A stretch of DNA of 64,000 nucleotides from an uncultured Chloroflexia bacterium (GCA_963774935.1 CAVZGO010000002.1:137865-201864); one strand, 5' to 3'. Counted from the stretch's first letter, positions 1 through 10,818 are shown. Program-made: numbers and translations. Notes: generated by a model from the letters alone, not told the origin.

Positions 1-1389
1 ATGAAAATACCATCCGGCAACTGATGCAGGCTGGCTTAAACGTTGCCAGGTTGAATTTTTCACACGGAAGCCATGCTGACCACCAAGCCATCTACGAACG
101 GCTGCGCCGCATCTCTGCTGAATTGGGTCGCTCCATCAACATCATGCAGGATTTGCAAGGACCAAAAATTCGCACCGGCGAGATTGGTGGCGGAAAAGTC
201 GAGATTAAGGCGGGAGATCCGCTGACATTAACCACCCAGGAGATGCTCGGAAACAAGCACGTCGTACCCATCGATTTTCCTCAGCTCCTGGAGAGTGTTC
301 GACCAGGCAACCGTATTTTGCTGGATGACGGCAATTTGGAGCTGGCGGTCACAGCGGTCTATCCCGACCGGGTGGAAACTCAGGTTATTCTGGGCGGCGA
401 CTTGAAAAGTCATAAGGGCGTCAACCTCCCTGGAGCGCAAATCAGTATTCCGGGATTCACAGAGAAGGATGAAGAAGACCTGAAATTTGGCCTGCAGCTC
501 GGGGTTGACTCTGTAGCAGTCTCTTTTGTCCGCCGGGCAGATGATATCCGGATGGTCAGGCAGGCAAGTGAGCGATTCTCCCCTGGACGTAATTTGCCGA
601 TCATCGCCAAGCTCGAGCGCCCAGAAGCCCTGGATAATCTGGATGAGATTTTAGATGTTGCCAGCAGGCGTAATGGTGGCGCGCGGCGATTTGGGTGTGG
701 AGATGCCTCCGGAATCCGTGCCGATTGCCCAAAAGCGCATCATCGAGGCAGCCAACCAGCGCGCACGAGTGGTCATAACTGCCACGCAAATGCTCGATTC
801 GATGATTAACAACCCGCGTCCCACGCGTGCTGAGGCTTCAGACGTCGCCAATGCGATCTTTGATGGCACCGATGCGGTAATGCTCTCTGGAGAAACCGCC
901 AGCGGAAAATACCCGGTCCAGTCGGTTGAGATGATGAACGCCATCATTGAGCAAGCGGAAGATCACCTGCAATCCTGGGGACGCTGGCAGGGTCGCTGCG
1001 GTCCAGATGAAGGCAGTGATGATACCTACTTCATTACGCAGGCTGCGCGTGAGCTGGCTCACGATCGTAATGTGGCTGCGATCGCCATTTTCACCCACAG
1101 CGGACGCACCGCATTATTGATGTCGAAAACCCGCCCAACGGTACCGGTATTAGCCTTCACAGACCAGGCTGCAGCCTACCAGCGCATGAATATCTTCTGG
1201 GGAGTCACCCCACAATTGGTACCGCATGTCGATAATTTGGCAGACATGATTCGAATGGTCGAGGCAGCCATGCTGCAAAACACACCATTCAAAGAAGGCC
1301 AGCAGGTAGTCATTGTTGCCGGGTTCCCAATCCAGGCAATCCGCCCTACCAACCTGGCTCTGCTGCACAAACTCGGAGAGCCATTGTGA
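1..1389 (+). pseudogene. pyk: pyruvate kinase; 5' end lies outside the window; reading frame broken near 663-668 (pseudogene or assembly indel)
   Basis: ORF 24..809 is open from the window edge and reads [43 protein letters not shown], then becomes nonsense. ORF 655..1389 (+1 frame) picks up exactly there with [36 protein letters not shown] and a C-terminal regulatory domain. Confidence 0.85.
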
Positions 1390-1406
1390 GTCCCTGAGGC
1401 GCGAAG

Positions 1407-3884
1407 GTGAAACCGCTGGTTTTTCGAGGACAGATATCCCAGCCCGCGGGCACTCCACCGCATATATCTGCTCGCCAACCTCCAACCTCCAGTAGCTCAC
1501 CTCCGCTTCTGACACGCTATCTGCCGCCGCTAACAGAAGGCAGCGCCCAATCCTGGCTGGAAGACCAGATCCCCAAAGGCGCCTGGATCATCGATCCGTT
1601 TGGCGCTGCACCGCGCCTGGTTGTGGAAGCAGCCCGGGCTGGTTACCGGGTGGTAAGCAGTGCGAATAATCCAGTTGACCGCTTCTTGATAGAGCTCTGG
1701 TCACAGCCACCTACCCAGGCTGAGTTAAAAGCTGCGCTGGCTGACCTTGCCTCCGCGCCGAAAGGCAACCAGCGCATCGAACCGCTGGTGCGCGCTCTTT
1801 ACAACACCCATTGTGCCAGCTGCTCCCAGGAGGTAAGTGCACAGGCATTTATTTGGGAACGCGGCGAGACGAGCGAGCCTCCCATCCTGTCGCGGCGGAT
1901 TTACACCTGCCCCGCCTGCGGTGATTCAGGAGAGCGCCCTGTCGCAAGTGAAGATGAAGCTCACCTGGCTCAGTTCCACAGCCCACTGCACAGGGCACGC
2001 GCCCTCGAACGAGTGGCTCTACATGACGATCCGGACCGCCCCTTCGTTGAAGAAGCCCTGGATACCTACCTGCCGCGTGCCTTATACGCCCTGTTCATTT
2101 TGCTGAACAAGCTTGACAGCCTGCCATCTATCCATCATAAGGCGCTGGTGACTATGCTGCTGGCAGCCTTCGACCAGGCAAACAGCCTGTGGGTGCACCC
2201 ACCGGCGCGCACCCGCCCGCGCCAGCTTGCCAAGCCGGCGCGCTTTCGGGAGCAGAATGTCTGGTTAGCGCTCGAAGAGATGGTAGCTGCCTGGCCTATC
2301 AATGAAGCAAACCGTTCACCTGCCCTGCCGCTGAGCCACTGGCCGGAGCTGCCTCCCCAGGCTGGGGGAATTTGCCTGTTCCCCGGTCGGCTGCGAGATT
2401 TGGCAGAAGCGCTGGAACAGCGGCGTGTCATTGCTGCCGAAACTCCCATGTTCCAGGCGGCTCTGGCAGGTCTGCCACGCTATAACCAGGCATACTGGAG
2501 CCTCTCTGCTCTCTGGGCAGGCTGGTTATGGGGGCGTGAAATCGCAGCGCCGTTTAAAAGCGTCTTACGCCGCCGGCGTTATGATTGGGCATGGCACACC
2601 AATGCCCTCCAATCCGCTTTTGCCAGCTTAAATGCTCTCATGCCTGAAGGAACGCCTGTCTTCGGGTTGATCGGTGAATCAGAACCGGGATTCAGCGCCG
2701 CGGCATTGCTGGGAGCTCGCCTGGCAGGATTCGAGCTCGAGGGGTTGGCAATGCGCAATGACCTCAACCAGACCCAAATCACCTGGCGGGCAACCTCGCA
2801 GAAGCTGCCTGGATTTCGCGAGCGCGAAGGCACGAGCGAAGATAGCAGCCCCGCGCACCTGCCAATGCAGGAACTGCAGGCTACTTGCCAGAAAGCCGGT
2901 ATTGAGGCACTGGCAATGCGCGGCGAGCCGTGCAGCTACCAGCAATTGCATGCGGCAATTCTGGCAGCCGTAGTGGACACCAACCTGCTCGGCGATCTGC
3001 ATAACCTGACACCCGCAGAAATATTTGTCCAGGTCAATGGCGTACTGCAGCAAGCACTCTCTTACCGCAGCGGTTTCGTCCGGTACGGGGGCTCTTCCAC
3101 CTCACAGGAGGTGGGGTACTGGTGGCTGCGAGAATCTGCAGACGATCTGCCCCCACAAATCCTTGAAACAGGCATACCTGCACAGGTTGGACGAAGCCAG
3201 ACTGCGGCTGCAGCAGGGCTCGCCCTGGCGGACCAGGTTGAGATCGAAATTGTGCGCATGCTGCTTAAAGGAGAAACGGTGGGTTTTGAACAGATCGATC
3301 ATGCCATTCGCAATATGTTTCCTGGGCTCCTGACTCCAGATTTGGAGCTCGTTGAAACGATCATGGCATCTTATGCTGAACCAGAACCGACGAACAGCGG
3401 ACAATGGAATCTGCGCCCACAAGACCGGAGCCAGGCGCGCCATCAGGACATTGCAGCTCTGATCAGCGTACTGCAGAAGCTTGCCGAAAAACTGGGCTTT
3501 CAAGCCAGGCAAACCGGTGAGAACGGACGCGTGGTGATCTGGCAGTCTGCTGATGGCGAAGCGCACTACCATTTCCATCTCATCGCATCCGCAGTCATCG
3601 ACCGTCTGGCGCTGGAACCCAACAATGCAGATTTAATCAACAAGAAAATCAGCCCGCGGCTGAAGAACATCCTGGTTTATCCAGCAGGGCGCGCCGCATT
3701 GATCGCCTACAAGCTGAACACCAACCCGCGCCTGCGCCAGTGGCTGGAAGAGAACTGGCTGCTGGTGAAATTCCGTCATATCCGCCGCCTGGCAAACAGC
3801 CCCACGCTCACCGCCGAGAACCTGGATGAGCAGCTTTCTCAAGATCCGATCACAAACCAGGACCAGCAAATGGCATTGTTGTAA
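1407..3884 (+). CDS. large conserved hypothetical protein with degenerate N6/N4 DNA-methyltransferase-like core and Cys4 zinc ribbon
   Basis: Uninterrupted 825-codon ORF (GTG start, start uncertain). WIIDPFGAAPRLVVEAARAGYRVVSSANNPV resembles methyltransferase motif I (DPFxGxGT...DxNP) with the glycine-rich loop replaced. HCASCS...YTCPACGD is a zinc ribbon. GLPRYNQAYWSLSALWAGWLW sits where (D/N)PPY would be. Confidence 0.6.
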   Translation: MKPLVFRGQISQPAGTPPHISARQPPTSSSSPPLLTRYLPPLTEGSAQSWLEDQIPKGAWIIDPFGAAPRLVVEAARAGYRVVSSANNPVDRFLIELWSQPPTQAELKAALADLASAPKGNQRIEPLVRALYNTHCASCSQEVSAQAFIWERGETSEPPILSRRIYTCPACGDSGERPVASEDEAHLAQFHSPLHRARALERVALHDDPDRPFVEEALDTYLPRALYALFILLNKLDSLPSIHHKALVTMLLAAFDQANSLWVHPPARTRPRQLAKPARFREQNVWLALEEMVAAWPINEANRSPALPLSHWPELPPQAGGICLFPGRLRDLAEALEQRRVIAAETPMFQAALAGLPRYNQAYWSLSALWAGWLWGREIAAPFKSVLRRRRYDWAWHTNALQSAFASLNALMPEGTPVFGLIGESEPGFSAAALLGARLAGFELEGLAMRNDLNQTQITWRATSQKLPGFREREGTSEDSSPAHLPMQELQATCQKAGIEALAMRGEPCSYQQLHAAILAAVVDTNLLGDLHNLTPAEIFVQVNGVLQQALSYRSGFVRYGGSSTSQEVGYWWLRESADDLPPQILETGIPAQVGRSQTAAAAGLALADQVEIEIVRMLLKGETVGFEQIDHAIRNMFPGLLTPDLELVETIMASYAEPEPTNSGQWNLRPQDRSQARHQDIAALISVLQKLAEKLGFQARQTGENGRVVIWQSADGEAHYHFHLIASAVIDRLALEPNNADLINKKISPRLKNILVYPAGRAALIAYKLNTNPRLRQWLEENWLLVKFRHIRRLANSPTLTAENLDEQLSQDPITNQDQQMALL

Positions 3885-3898
3885 GAGGTTAATTTAAC

Positions 3899-3940
3899 GA
3901 CCATCGAGGTGCACAAGCAGCCTCGATGGTCATAGATTTC
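3899..3940. terminator. hairpin between convergent genes (possible bidirectional terminator)
   Basis: Perfect 11-bp stem gaccatcgagg (3899-3909) / cctcgatggtc (3921-3931) with an 11-nt loop. It lies between the stop of the 1407..3884 ORF and the stop of the PBP gene. The flanking T/A tracts are weak. Confidence 0.45.
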
Positions 3941-3959
3941 TAATTCAGAACCGCAGATG

Positions 3960-6900
3960 TTACGGCGTTGGACTTGGTCCAGGGGTATCCTGCGGAAAGC
4001 CTGGGGTTGGCGTTTCAAGGATGGGTGGGAAGGTCGGCCAGATCGGGAGCGGCGTCCACGTTGGCAGCGGTGTCTCCGTTGGCACTGGAGTATCTGTAGG
4101 CAGCGGAGTAGGCGTCGGCACCTGGATGTCGAGGTGCAGGAAGGTCTCTGCGTAGGTGTCTTCGGTACTGTGGAGCTTCAACCGCAGGGTGACTCGACCG
4201 GGTTCTACATCACGCAGATCCCAGGTATAGATTACAGCCGGTTGCGGCAGCGGGCTGCGTATCTCCTGGAGCAGGCTCCATTCCAGCGGCTCATCTCCAC
4301 GCCCATATTCCAGGGTGGCATAATCAAACCAGGCAGTTGCATCCACCACTGCATAAATATCCAGTGGGCTATTGTTGATTGTGCTGTTATCGATCGGCGA
4401 TACAAAAGCCAGGCGCGGGCGCGGGTCGTCGCTGCGGCATTCTCGGGTGGGTGCAAAATTCACCGGGATATCAAATCCCATCGATTCAGCCCAGTCTCTA
4501 CCCTGTCCATCCTTATTCACCCATTTTTTGCCCCACAGGTCGTCTACTGCCAGGGTGAGGCGCGAGTCGGTAAAATCGGGGCAGGCAGCGGAAGCCAGCA
4601 AGGCAGTCCAGGTGTCCAGGACTGGTTTTTGCCACAGGTCCTTGTCAGCCGGCAGCGGAGGCTGGTCGACGGCAAAAATCTCTACGCGCTGCTCCGGGCA
4701 CCACTGCGAAGGTAATGTGCCAGAAATGGCGCAAATTACCTGCTCGATGATGGCACCCGGGCGAGCGAAGGATGTAGGGTTGCCGCCGCTGACCTGCGGC
4801 ACAGCCCACTGCATGAACTCAGACCAGATCGGGGCAGCGCCGGTCAGTCCTGAGGTATTCTGCATCGGAGTGTAATCTGCGTTCCCCACCCAGACTCCAA
4901 CTGCCAGGTCAGGGGTATAACCTAAGGTCCAGTTATCGCGGAAATCATTGGTGGTGCCGGTCTTTGCGGCTGCCTGGAAGGGCAGGCGCAGCACCGAATT
5001 ACGCCCAAACGCAGGTGAGCGCGCTTCGTTATCCGACAGGATGTCTGAAATCAGGTAAGCATGCTCTTCGCGCACCACCTGTTCGCCGGTGGTAGGCTGG
5101 TGTTCATAAACCAGCTCGCCGTTGTAATCAGTGATGCGGCTGATCGCCACAGGTGGAATGCGCCTGCCGGAATTGGCAAACGTGGCAAAGGCTCCGGTCA
5201 TCTCAAGCAGGGTCACTTCACCGCCACCGAGGGTGAGCGATAATCCATAATCGTCACGATTGAGAGTCGAGATGCCTAATCGCCGGGCGAAATTGAGAAA
5301 ACCGTCCGGGAAGCCGGTGGCTGGATCATCCTTGATGCCGATAAATTGAAGTGCCTTGACCGCCGGAATATTGTAGGAATTTGCCAGCGCAGAACGCAGC
5401 GTGACCGGTCCATGGAAGCGCCCATCATAGTTCACTGGTATGTAGGGCTCACTGTATTCATCCGGCACTCCGGAAGGCGAAAAATCGCTCGGAACATCCC
5501 AAATCAAAGTGCCGGGCGTCCAACCTTTCTCGAAAGCGGCGACATAAGTAAGCGGTTTGATCGATGATCCAGGCTGGCGTGGCGAGTTCGCCATATTAAC
5601 CTGACCGGAGATCGCCTCATTATAGAAGTCGGCAGAACCGACCATCGCCAGGATCTCACCAGTGTTGGGACGGATCGCCACCAGGGCGCCGTCATTAGCA
5701 TTTTTATCTGCCAGGTTAGCTACCTGGTTTTTTACCGTCTGCTCCGCCTGCTCCTGCAGAGTTGGATCCAGGGTGGTATATACCTGAAATCCAGAACGGT
5801 AAATCGTTTGTGGGTCATACTGCGCCTCCAACAGCGAGCGGACATAGGTCACCCAATGAGGAAAGCGCATCTCGTCCGCGCGGCGCACAAAGTTGGTGCT
5901 GCGGATCTCATTATTGGCTTCAACCACCATCAGCGGGTCGACGCACACCCGCTCGGGAGAGTTGCTGACGTAAATACAGCCATCCTGCTGGCTGACCTCA
6001 TAGGTCAGTGTGAGCACATCTTGCAGCCGATCTAAAGTAACCTCCGGATTGGTGAATACATCATAAACCGAAGGCGCTTGAGGCAGCCCAGCCAGGAAAG
6101 CCGCCTGTCCGAAGGTGAGCTTATCGGCAGAGGTGCCAAAGTAAGTTTCTGCCGCTGCCTGGATGCCATAAGACAGGTTTCCGTAGTAGTTCTCGTTCAG
6201 ATAGAGCTCCAGGATCTCATCTTTCGTGTAACGACGAGTGATCTCGGCAGCCAGGACGGCTTCACGTATTTTGCGGGTGTATGACTGCTCAGAGCGCTCT
6301 TCGGGAGTGAAAACCAGGTTGCGGGCTAACTGCTGGGTGATGGTCGAGGCACCGGAGGCGATCTCGCCAGCCTGGTAATTCTGCCAGACGGCGCGAGCGA
6401 TGCCAAAAATATCAAACCCCGGATGGCTGTAGAATGCCTGGTCTTCGGTAGCAATCGTCGCTGCGACCAGGTAAGGTGATATTTTCGAAAGGGGCACATA
6501 GGTGCGGCGCCCGGCGTTGGGATCTAAGATTTCGTAGAGCACATTGCCATTGCGGTCATAAATGCGCGTGGTTTCAAACTGGGCTGCATTCTGGCGGATA
6601 TCGCTGATATCCGGTAACTGCGAGGCAATCGAGTAATACCAGTAAAAACCTCCCACCAGTGCACAAACAGCCAGCACAACGCCTAACAAGAGGCCAAAAA
6701 AGGTCAGGCGTGCCAGGCAGCTCATATTCTGGCGCCAGCTTCGCGGTGCAGCTTGCGCCGGCTTCTTTTTGGCCGCTGCCTTTTTCCCTGCCTGAGGCGG
6801 TTTCGCGGCCGCCTTTGCGGGGGCATTCGCAACGCTGCTGGCATTCGGTTTTGCTGCCGGTGCGGGAGCTGGTGCGGGAGCTGGTGCGGGGCTCTGGAGT

Positions 6901-7352
6901 GTAACCGGTTGTGGGGCTACCCCTGCCGGGCGTGTAGATTCCCAACTGCTGCCGCTTTGTGCGGCGCTGACCGGGGTCGGCCGCGTGATTGGCGTGCTGC
7001 TGGCTCCACCGCCTGCCATCTGGCGTGTAAGCGCATTTTGATCATTCGTCCCAGCTGCCGGGAGCGGTGGCTGAGACATCAGACGGGTGGCATCTTGTGC
7101 ACCAGCGGCAGCAGAAGCCGGACCGGGAGGCGGAGTGATAGCCTGTGCAGCAGTTAAAGCTAACCAGGGCTCTGCCGGCCTGGTTGGGGCACTGCTGGAA
7201 TATTGATTTAGGTGATTATTATTGGCAGAAGTCTGCGAATTGATCGGCGGAACCGCATGCTTAAAACCTTCATGCTCCATTTCACCCAAAATACGCCGGT
7301 AACGCTTTAAAGCATCTTCACTGCCAGGTGGCAAATTATTTTGTTCGGGCAT
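3960..7352 (-). CDS. class A penicillin-binding protein (bifunctional transglycosylase/transpeptidase) with long low-complexity N- and C-terminal tails
   Basis: GT51 motifs ATIATEDQAFYSHPGFD and GASTITQQLARN. Transpeptidase motifs SSIKP, SYN and KTGTTND. One TM helix (FFGLLLGVVLAVCALVGGFYWYY). About 210-aa Pro/Ala-rich N-terminus including PAPAPAPAPAPA. PT-rich C-terminus. Confidence 0.9.
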   Translation of the reverse strand: MPEQNNLPPGSEDALKRYRRILGEMEHEGFKHAVPPINSQTSANNNHLNQYSSSAPTRPAEPWLALTAAQAITPPPGPASAAAGAQDATRLMSQPPLPAAGTNDQNALTRQMAGGGASSTPITRPTPVSAAQSGSSWESTRPAGVAPQPVTLQSPAPAPAPAPAPAAKPNASSVANAPAKAAAKPPQAGKKAAAKKKPAQAAPRSWRQNMSCLARLTFFGLLLGVVLAVCALVGGFYWYYSIASQLPDISDIRQNAAQFETTRIYDRNGNVLYEILDPNAGRRTYVPLSKISPYLVAATIATEDQAFYSHPGFDIFGIARAVWQNYQAGEIASGASTITQQLARNLVFTPEERSEQSYTRKIREAVLAAEITRRYTKDEILELYLNENYYGNLSYGIQAAAETYFGTSADKLTFGQAAFLAGLPQAPSVYDVFTNPEVTLDRLQDVLTLTYEVSQQDGCIYVSNSPERVCVDPLMVVEANNEIRSTNFVRRADEMRFPHWVTYVRSLLEAQYDPQTIYRSGFQVYTTLDPTLQEQAEQTVKNQVANLADKNANDGALVAIRPNTGEILAMVGSADFYNEAISGQVNMANSPRQPGSSIKPLTYVAAFEKGWTPGTLIWDVPSDFSPSGVPDEYSEPYIPVNYDGRFHGPVTLRSALANSYNIPAVKALQFIGIKDDPATGFPDGFLNFARRLGISTLNRDDYGLSLTLGGGEVTLLEMTGAFATFANSGRRIPPVAISRITDYNGELVYEHQPTTGEQVVREEHAYLISDILSDNEARSPAFGRNSVLRLPFQAAAKTGTTNDFRDNWTLGYTPDLAVGVWVGNADYTPMQNTSGLTGAAPIWSEFMQWAVPQVSGGNPTSFARPGAIIEQVICAISGTLPSQWCPEQRVEIFAVDQPPLPADKDLWQKPVLDTWTALLASAACPDFTDSRLTLAVDDLWGKKWVNKDGQGRDWAESMGFDIPVNFAPTRECRSDDPRPRLAFVSPIDNSTINNSPLDIYAVVDATAWFDYATLEYGRGDEPLEWSLLQEIRSPLPQPAVIYTWDLRDVEPGRVTLRLKLHSTEDTYAETFLHLDIQVPTPTPLPTDTPVPTETPLPTWTPLPIWPTFPPILETPTPGFPQDTPGPSPTP

Positions 7353-7398
7353 AGCTCAAGATTACAATAGGGCAGCCCTCCGCCCTCGAACCACAGGC

Positions 7399-7872
7399 TT
7401 ACTCGGCTGGTTTCGAGGCGATTAAGGCGTTCCAAATACCTTTCATAACAGTTTCATCGCGCTGGTTTTTGACCTGCGCTTCGATAATCACATTCCCACC
7501 GCCCAGACGGCGTACTTCTTTGGTCTCAAGGACCTGCAGCTCTGCATGCACCGTGTCACCCAGGAAGACTGGTTTGGTAAATTTCCATTCGGTGATTTCC
7601 CGAAACGCGAGCACGGTGCCTTCCATCATTCCGGTCTGAACGGTGAGCCCCATTGCTATCGACAGGACGAGAAGACCATGAGCAACTCGCTGTCCAAACA
7701 TCGCGGAGCTGGCATATTGCGCATCAACATGAATCTGGTTGTAATCACCGGATAAACCCGCAAACGCGACCACATCTGATTCAGTGATCGTACGACCGGC
7801 AGTAACAATTTTCTGACCGACCTGGAATTCTTCCAGATACAAACCACGGCGGTTGATCGACATCGGGCTCAT
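7399..7872 (-). CDS. MaoC-like (R)-specific enoyl-CoA hydratase/dehydratase, hot-dog fold
   Basis: 157-aa ORF with ITESDVVAFAGLSGDYNQIHVD...FGQRVAHGLL, the typical MaoC dehydratase signature. Confidence 0.8.
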   Translation of the reverse strand: MSPMSINRRGLYLEEFQVGQKIVTAGRTITESDVVAFAGLSGDYNQIHVDAQYASSAMFGQRVAHGLLVLSIAMGLTVQTGMMEGTVLAFREITEWKFTKPVFLGDTVHAELQVLETKEVRRLGGGNVIIEAQVKNQRDETVMKGIWNALIASKPAE

Positions 7873-8034
7873 AGACTCTCCTTTAGCGAAGGATAAACAC
7901 CCATTCTAGCATAAAATTGGTCTGTTAAGTGCCATTCGAGGCTTTGAGCCGGATGCATGTGACCCTGACGAAGTCTTGCGTAAATCTCGTAATTAACCTT
8001 TGACCATTCTGAAGTCTTACCATAAAATGAATAT

Positions 8035-10453
8035 ATGCGTGAATGGAGCCTGCGTAAAGGCGATCCGCTTTCTTTGCTTTTAGTCTCCGATGCCCGTCTG
8101 GGACCGACCGAATATGCCAACGACCATATTTGGGAGCTTTCACTTGGTGGTGGAGAACCGGCTGCCCTGGTGCTGCAAACCACGTTTGGGCTGAGAGCTC
8201 GCGCTTTTCGCCTGTTCCCGCGTTTTAGCCTGAAAGGCATAGCGATTACCGATCCATTGGATTTCAGCAAACCACCGACCGTACACAAGCTGTTTCCAAA
8301 TTTCATTCTGCTCACGTTTTCACCATTTCCAGGGATAGACGTAACCTACGAGGCATGGGTTCCACAACCAAAAACACTCGCCGCGCGGATTTCTATCACT
8401 AACGTAGACGAAAAATCGCAGATGCTTGGCCTTGAAATGATTGCACAACTGGCGCCGGGCGAAGGTCAACGCATGATACCGGTCGAGATGCAGTCTGCTC
8501 CGGTGCTGCTAGGTCAGACCGGCAACCTTTCCCCGGTCGTGTTTTTCACTGGCGGACCGCACTTCGGTCCCGGCTCCTACCCTTCTTTGATGCAAGAGCT
8601 GGAGCTTGCCGCCGGTGAAACCCGTCGCCTGACCTGCAGCCTGGCAGCCCTGGATGAAGCACAAAGGTCTTTCGAACAGGCGCGCCTGACAGCGGCACGG
8701 CGCTGGGACGCTGAACGCACTTACCTGGAGATGTTTAATGGCAGCGGATTGGAGATCCTGACGGGTAATCAGGACTGGGACGCTGCCTTCATGCTGGCAC
8801 AGAAAAGCGCCGTCAGTCTGCTTAGCGGTCCAACAGACATGCTTCCAGCGGCATCTTTTGTCAGCTCGCGCCTGCCGGATCAGGGTTATTCGCTGCGTGG
8901 AGATGGCAGCGATTACCCCTATCTGTGGAATGGTCAGACAGCCCTGGAGTTCGATCTATCTTGCCACCTTCCTGCTGCCTGCAGCTCCACAGGTGGCAGC
9001 CGGTTTACTGGAGAATTTCCTGGCGGTTCAGGAAGACGATGGCTCAATCGACTGGAAGCCCGGTCTTGCTGGCCAGCGCAGCTACCTGATGGCTGCTCCA
9101 TTTCTCGCCCATCTGGCGCAGATGATCGCCGATGTCGACCCTCAGGCTGACTTCAGCGAGCGCGTTTTCCCTGGATTGCTGCGTTTCTATCAGGCATGGT
9201 TGAACAGCACAAATGATCGCGACCAGGATGGGGTGCCTGAATGGAGCCATCCCATACAAACTGGATGGGATGACCATCCGGCGTACGCACGCTGGCAAAA
9301 CTGGACTTTGGGCGTTGATGTCAGCACGATCGAATCTCCTGGATTGCTTTCCATGCTGTACAGCGATTGCCTGAGTCTCATCGAAATGGCACGCCGGTTA
9401 AACCAGCTCGAGCATATCCCCGAGCTGGAAAACAGCGCCGGGCGGTTAAAAACCGCTCTTGAACGATGCTGGGATGAGACGCTGGCAACCTATCGCGATG
9501 TGGACCGCGATACCGACCTGCCTTCCACCAGTCGATTGCTGCATGAAAGCCGTGGGCCAGGTGAGATTGCTTTGAGCCTCCGCTTTGAGCAGCCTGAGCG
9601 CCTGGTGTTGCGCATCCAAAGCCACAACGAGCAGAACCGCAAGCCGCGGCTGAAATTGCGCGGCCGGGATGCTCGCAGTCGCATGGCATCCGAGCAGGTT
9701 GATGAAGAACAAATCAAATGGAACCTCGGACAGGGGGTCTACACCACTCACCAAACCTACCGCCGCGTCGATATACTGCAAGTGAGCAATCTCGAGATGG
9801 ATGACCAGATTCAGGTCTTCAGCGCAGGGACGAATTATATGGATCTCTCATATTTGCTCCCGTTATGGGCTGGCATCGCCGATGAAGACCGGGCTCACAA
9901 GATGGTTGAGCGCCAATTCACCGGCTCGGGTGGTTTATGGAGACCTTTCGGATTCGCAGATTGCGCGCCTTTTTCCGGTGTCGAGCAGCTTACGCTCTCC
10001 ACCACCGAACCTGTGCCATGCCAGGGTCGGATCAACCTGCTCAGGAATTACCTGATCGGCACTGGTCTGGTGCGATACGGTTTCCGTTCTCAGGCTGCCG
10101 AGCTGGTGACCCGCTTGATGAGCGCGGTAATTAACAATCTGAAGAGCGAAGCATGCTTTCGCCGTTATTACCACGCTGAAACGGGCAAAGCGTTTGGCGA
10201 GCGCGATGTGCTCCCCGGAATTGCTCCTGTTGGATTATTCCTTGAAACGCTGGGGGTGCGAATTATGTCTCCCTCTCGGGTAGCGCTGGCTGGTTTCAAT
10301 CCATTTCCCTGGCCAGTTACGGTAAAATATCGAGGATTGACTGTCCTGCGTTTACAGGCGAGTACATCAGTGATATTTCCTGATGGACAGGTGATGACTG
10401 TGCAAGATCCCGACCCACAGGTCATCTCCCTGGAGAATAATACAAACACTTAA
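8035..10453 (+). pseudogene. (alpha/alpha)6-barrel glycoside hydrolase, GH63 / MGH1-like; frame broken near 8935-8953
   Basis: ORF 8035..9150 is sensible up to ...SDYPYLWNGQTALE. ORF 8858..10453 (+1 frame) becomes sensible at IYLATFLLPAAPQVAAGLLENFLAVQEDDGSIDW and continues with DRDQDGVPEWSHPIQTGWDDHPAY, typical of GH63-like hydrolases. Confidence 0.7.
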
Positions 10454-10476
10454 AAGGGATCGTTGGGAGGCTCCCT

Positions 10477-10818
10477 ATGCCAGAAAAACCTGATATCGAC
10501 CGGCTGATGACTGCCGTGGTGCAAACCCAGGATGTTGAGATTGCGATCCAGGCGCTTACAGCTCAAGGGCTTTACGTAACCCGAATATCGAGCAGTGGAG
10601 GCTTTCTGGGACATCGAAATGTCACATTGCTGATCGGTCTGGCAGCCGGGCAAGAAGCAGCAGCGGTTTCTGCACTGTCATCGAACTGCCGGCAGCGCGT
10701 GGAGTACCTGGCTACCCGCCTGGAAGGTGCGCCATACCATTTACCTTTATCTACACCAATTACAATTGGTGGTGCAACGATCTTCACCCTCAAAGTAGAA
10801 CACTGGGAGGAATTGTAA
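10477..10818 (+). CDS. PII-like cyclic-di-AMP receptor family protein (DarA/PstA-like, DUF970), paralog 1
   Basis: 113 aa. VTRISSSGGFLGHRNVTLLIGL...GGATIFTLKVEHWEEL matches the DarA pattern (ATTGGFL..GNTT..IGV...GGATVFV). GGGAGG sits 6 nt upstream of the ATG. Confidence 0.7.
   Translation: MPEKPDIDRLMTAVVQTQDVEIAIQALTAQGLYVTRISSSGGFLGHRNVTLLIGLAAGQEAAAVSALSSNCRQRVEYLATRLEGAPYHLPLSTPITIGGATIFTLKVEHWEEL

Noticed and set aside
3957-4875. Plus-strand ORFs 3957..4715 and 4372..4875
   Set aside because: They lie antisense to the well-supported PBP gene and have Arg/Trp-rich nonsense composition with no RBS or motif.
6780-6900. Repetitive gctggtgcgggagctggtgcgggagctggtgcgggg stretch as a possible tandem-repeat or CRISPR-like element
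   Set aside because: It is the antisense of the PAPAPAPAPAPA low-complexity segment of the PBP N-terminus. There is no spacer/repeat architecture, and no CRISPR array occurs anywhere in the window.
7869-8315. 148-aa minus-strand ORF overlapping the start of the GH63-like gene
   Set aside because: It has no recognisable motif and overlaps a gene with a coherent N-terminus. It also begins inside the MaoC gene terminus. Most likely spurious.
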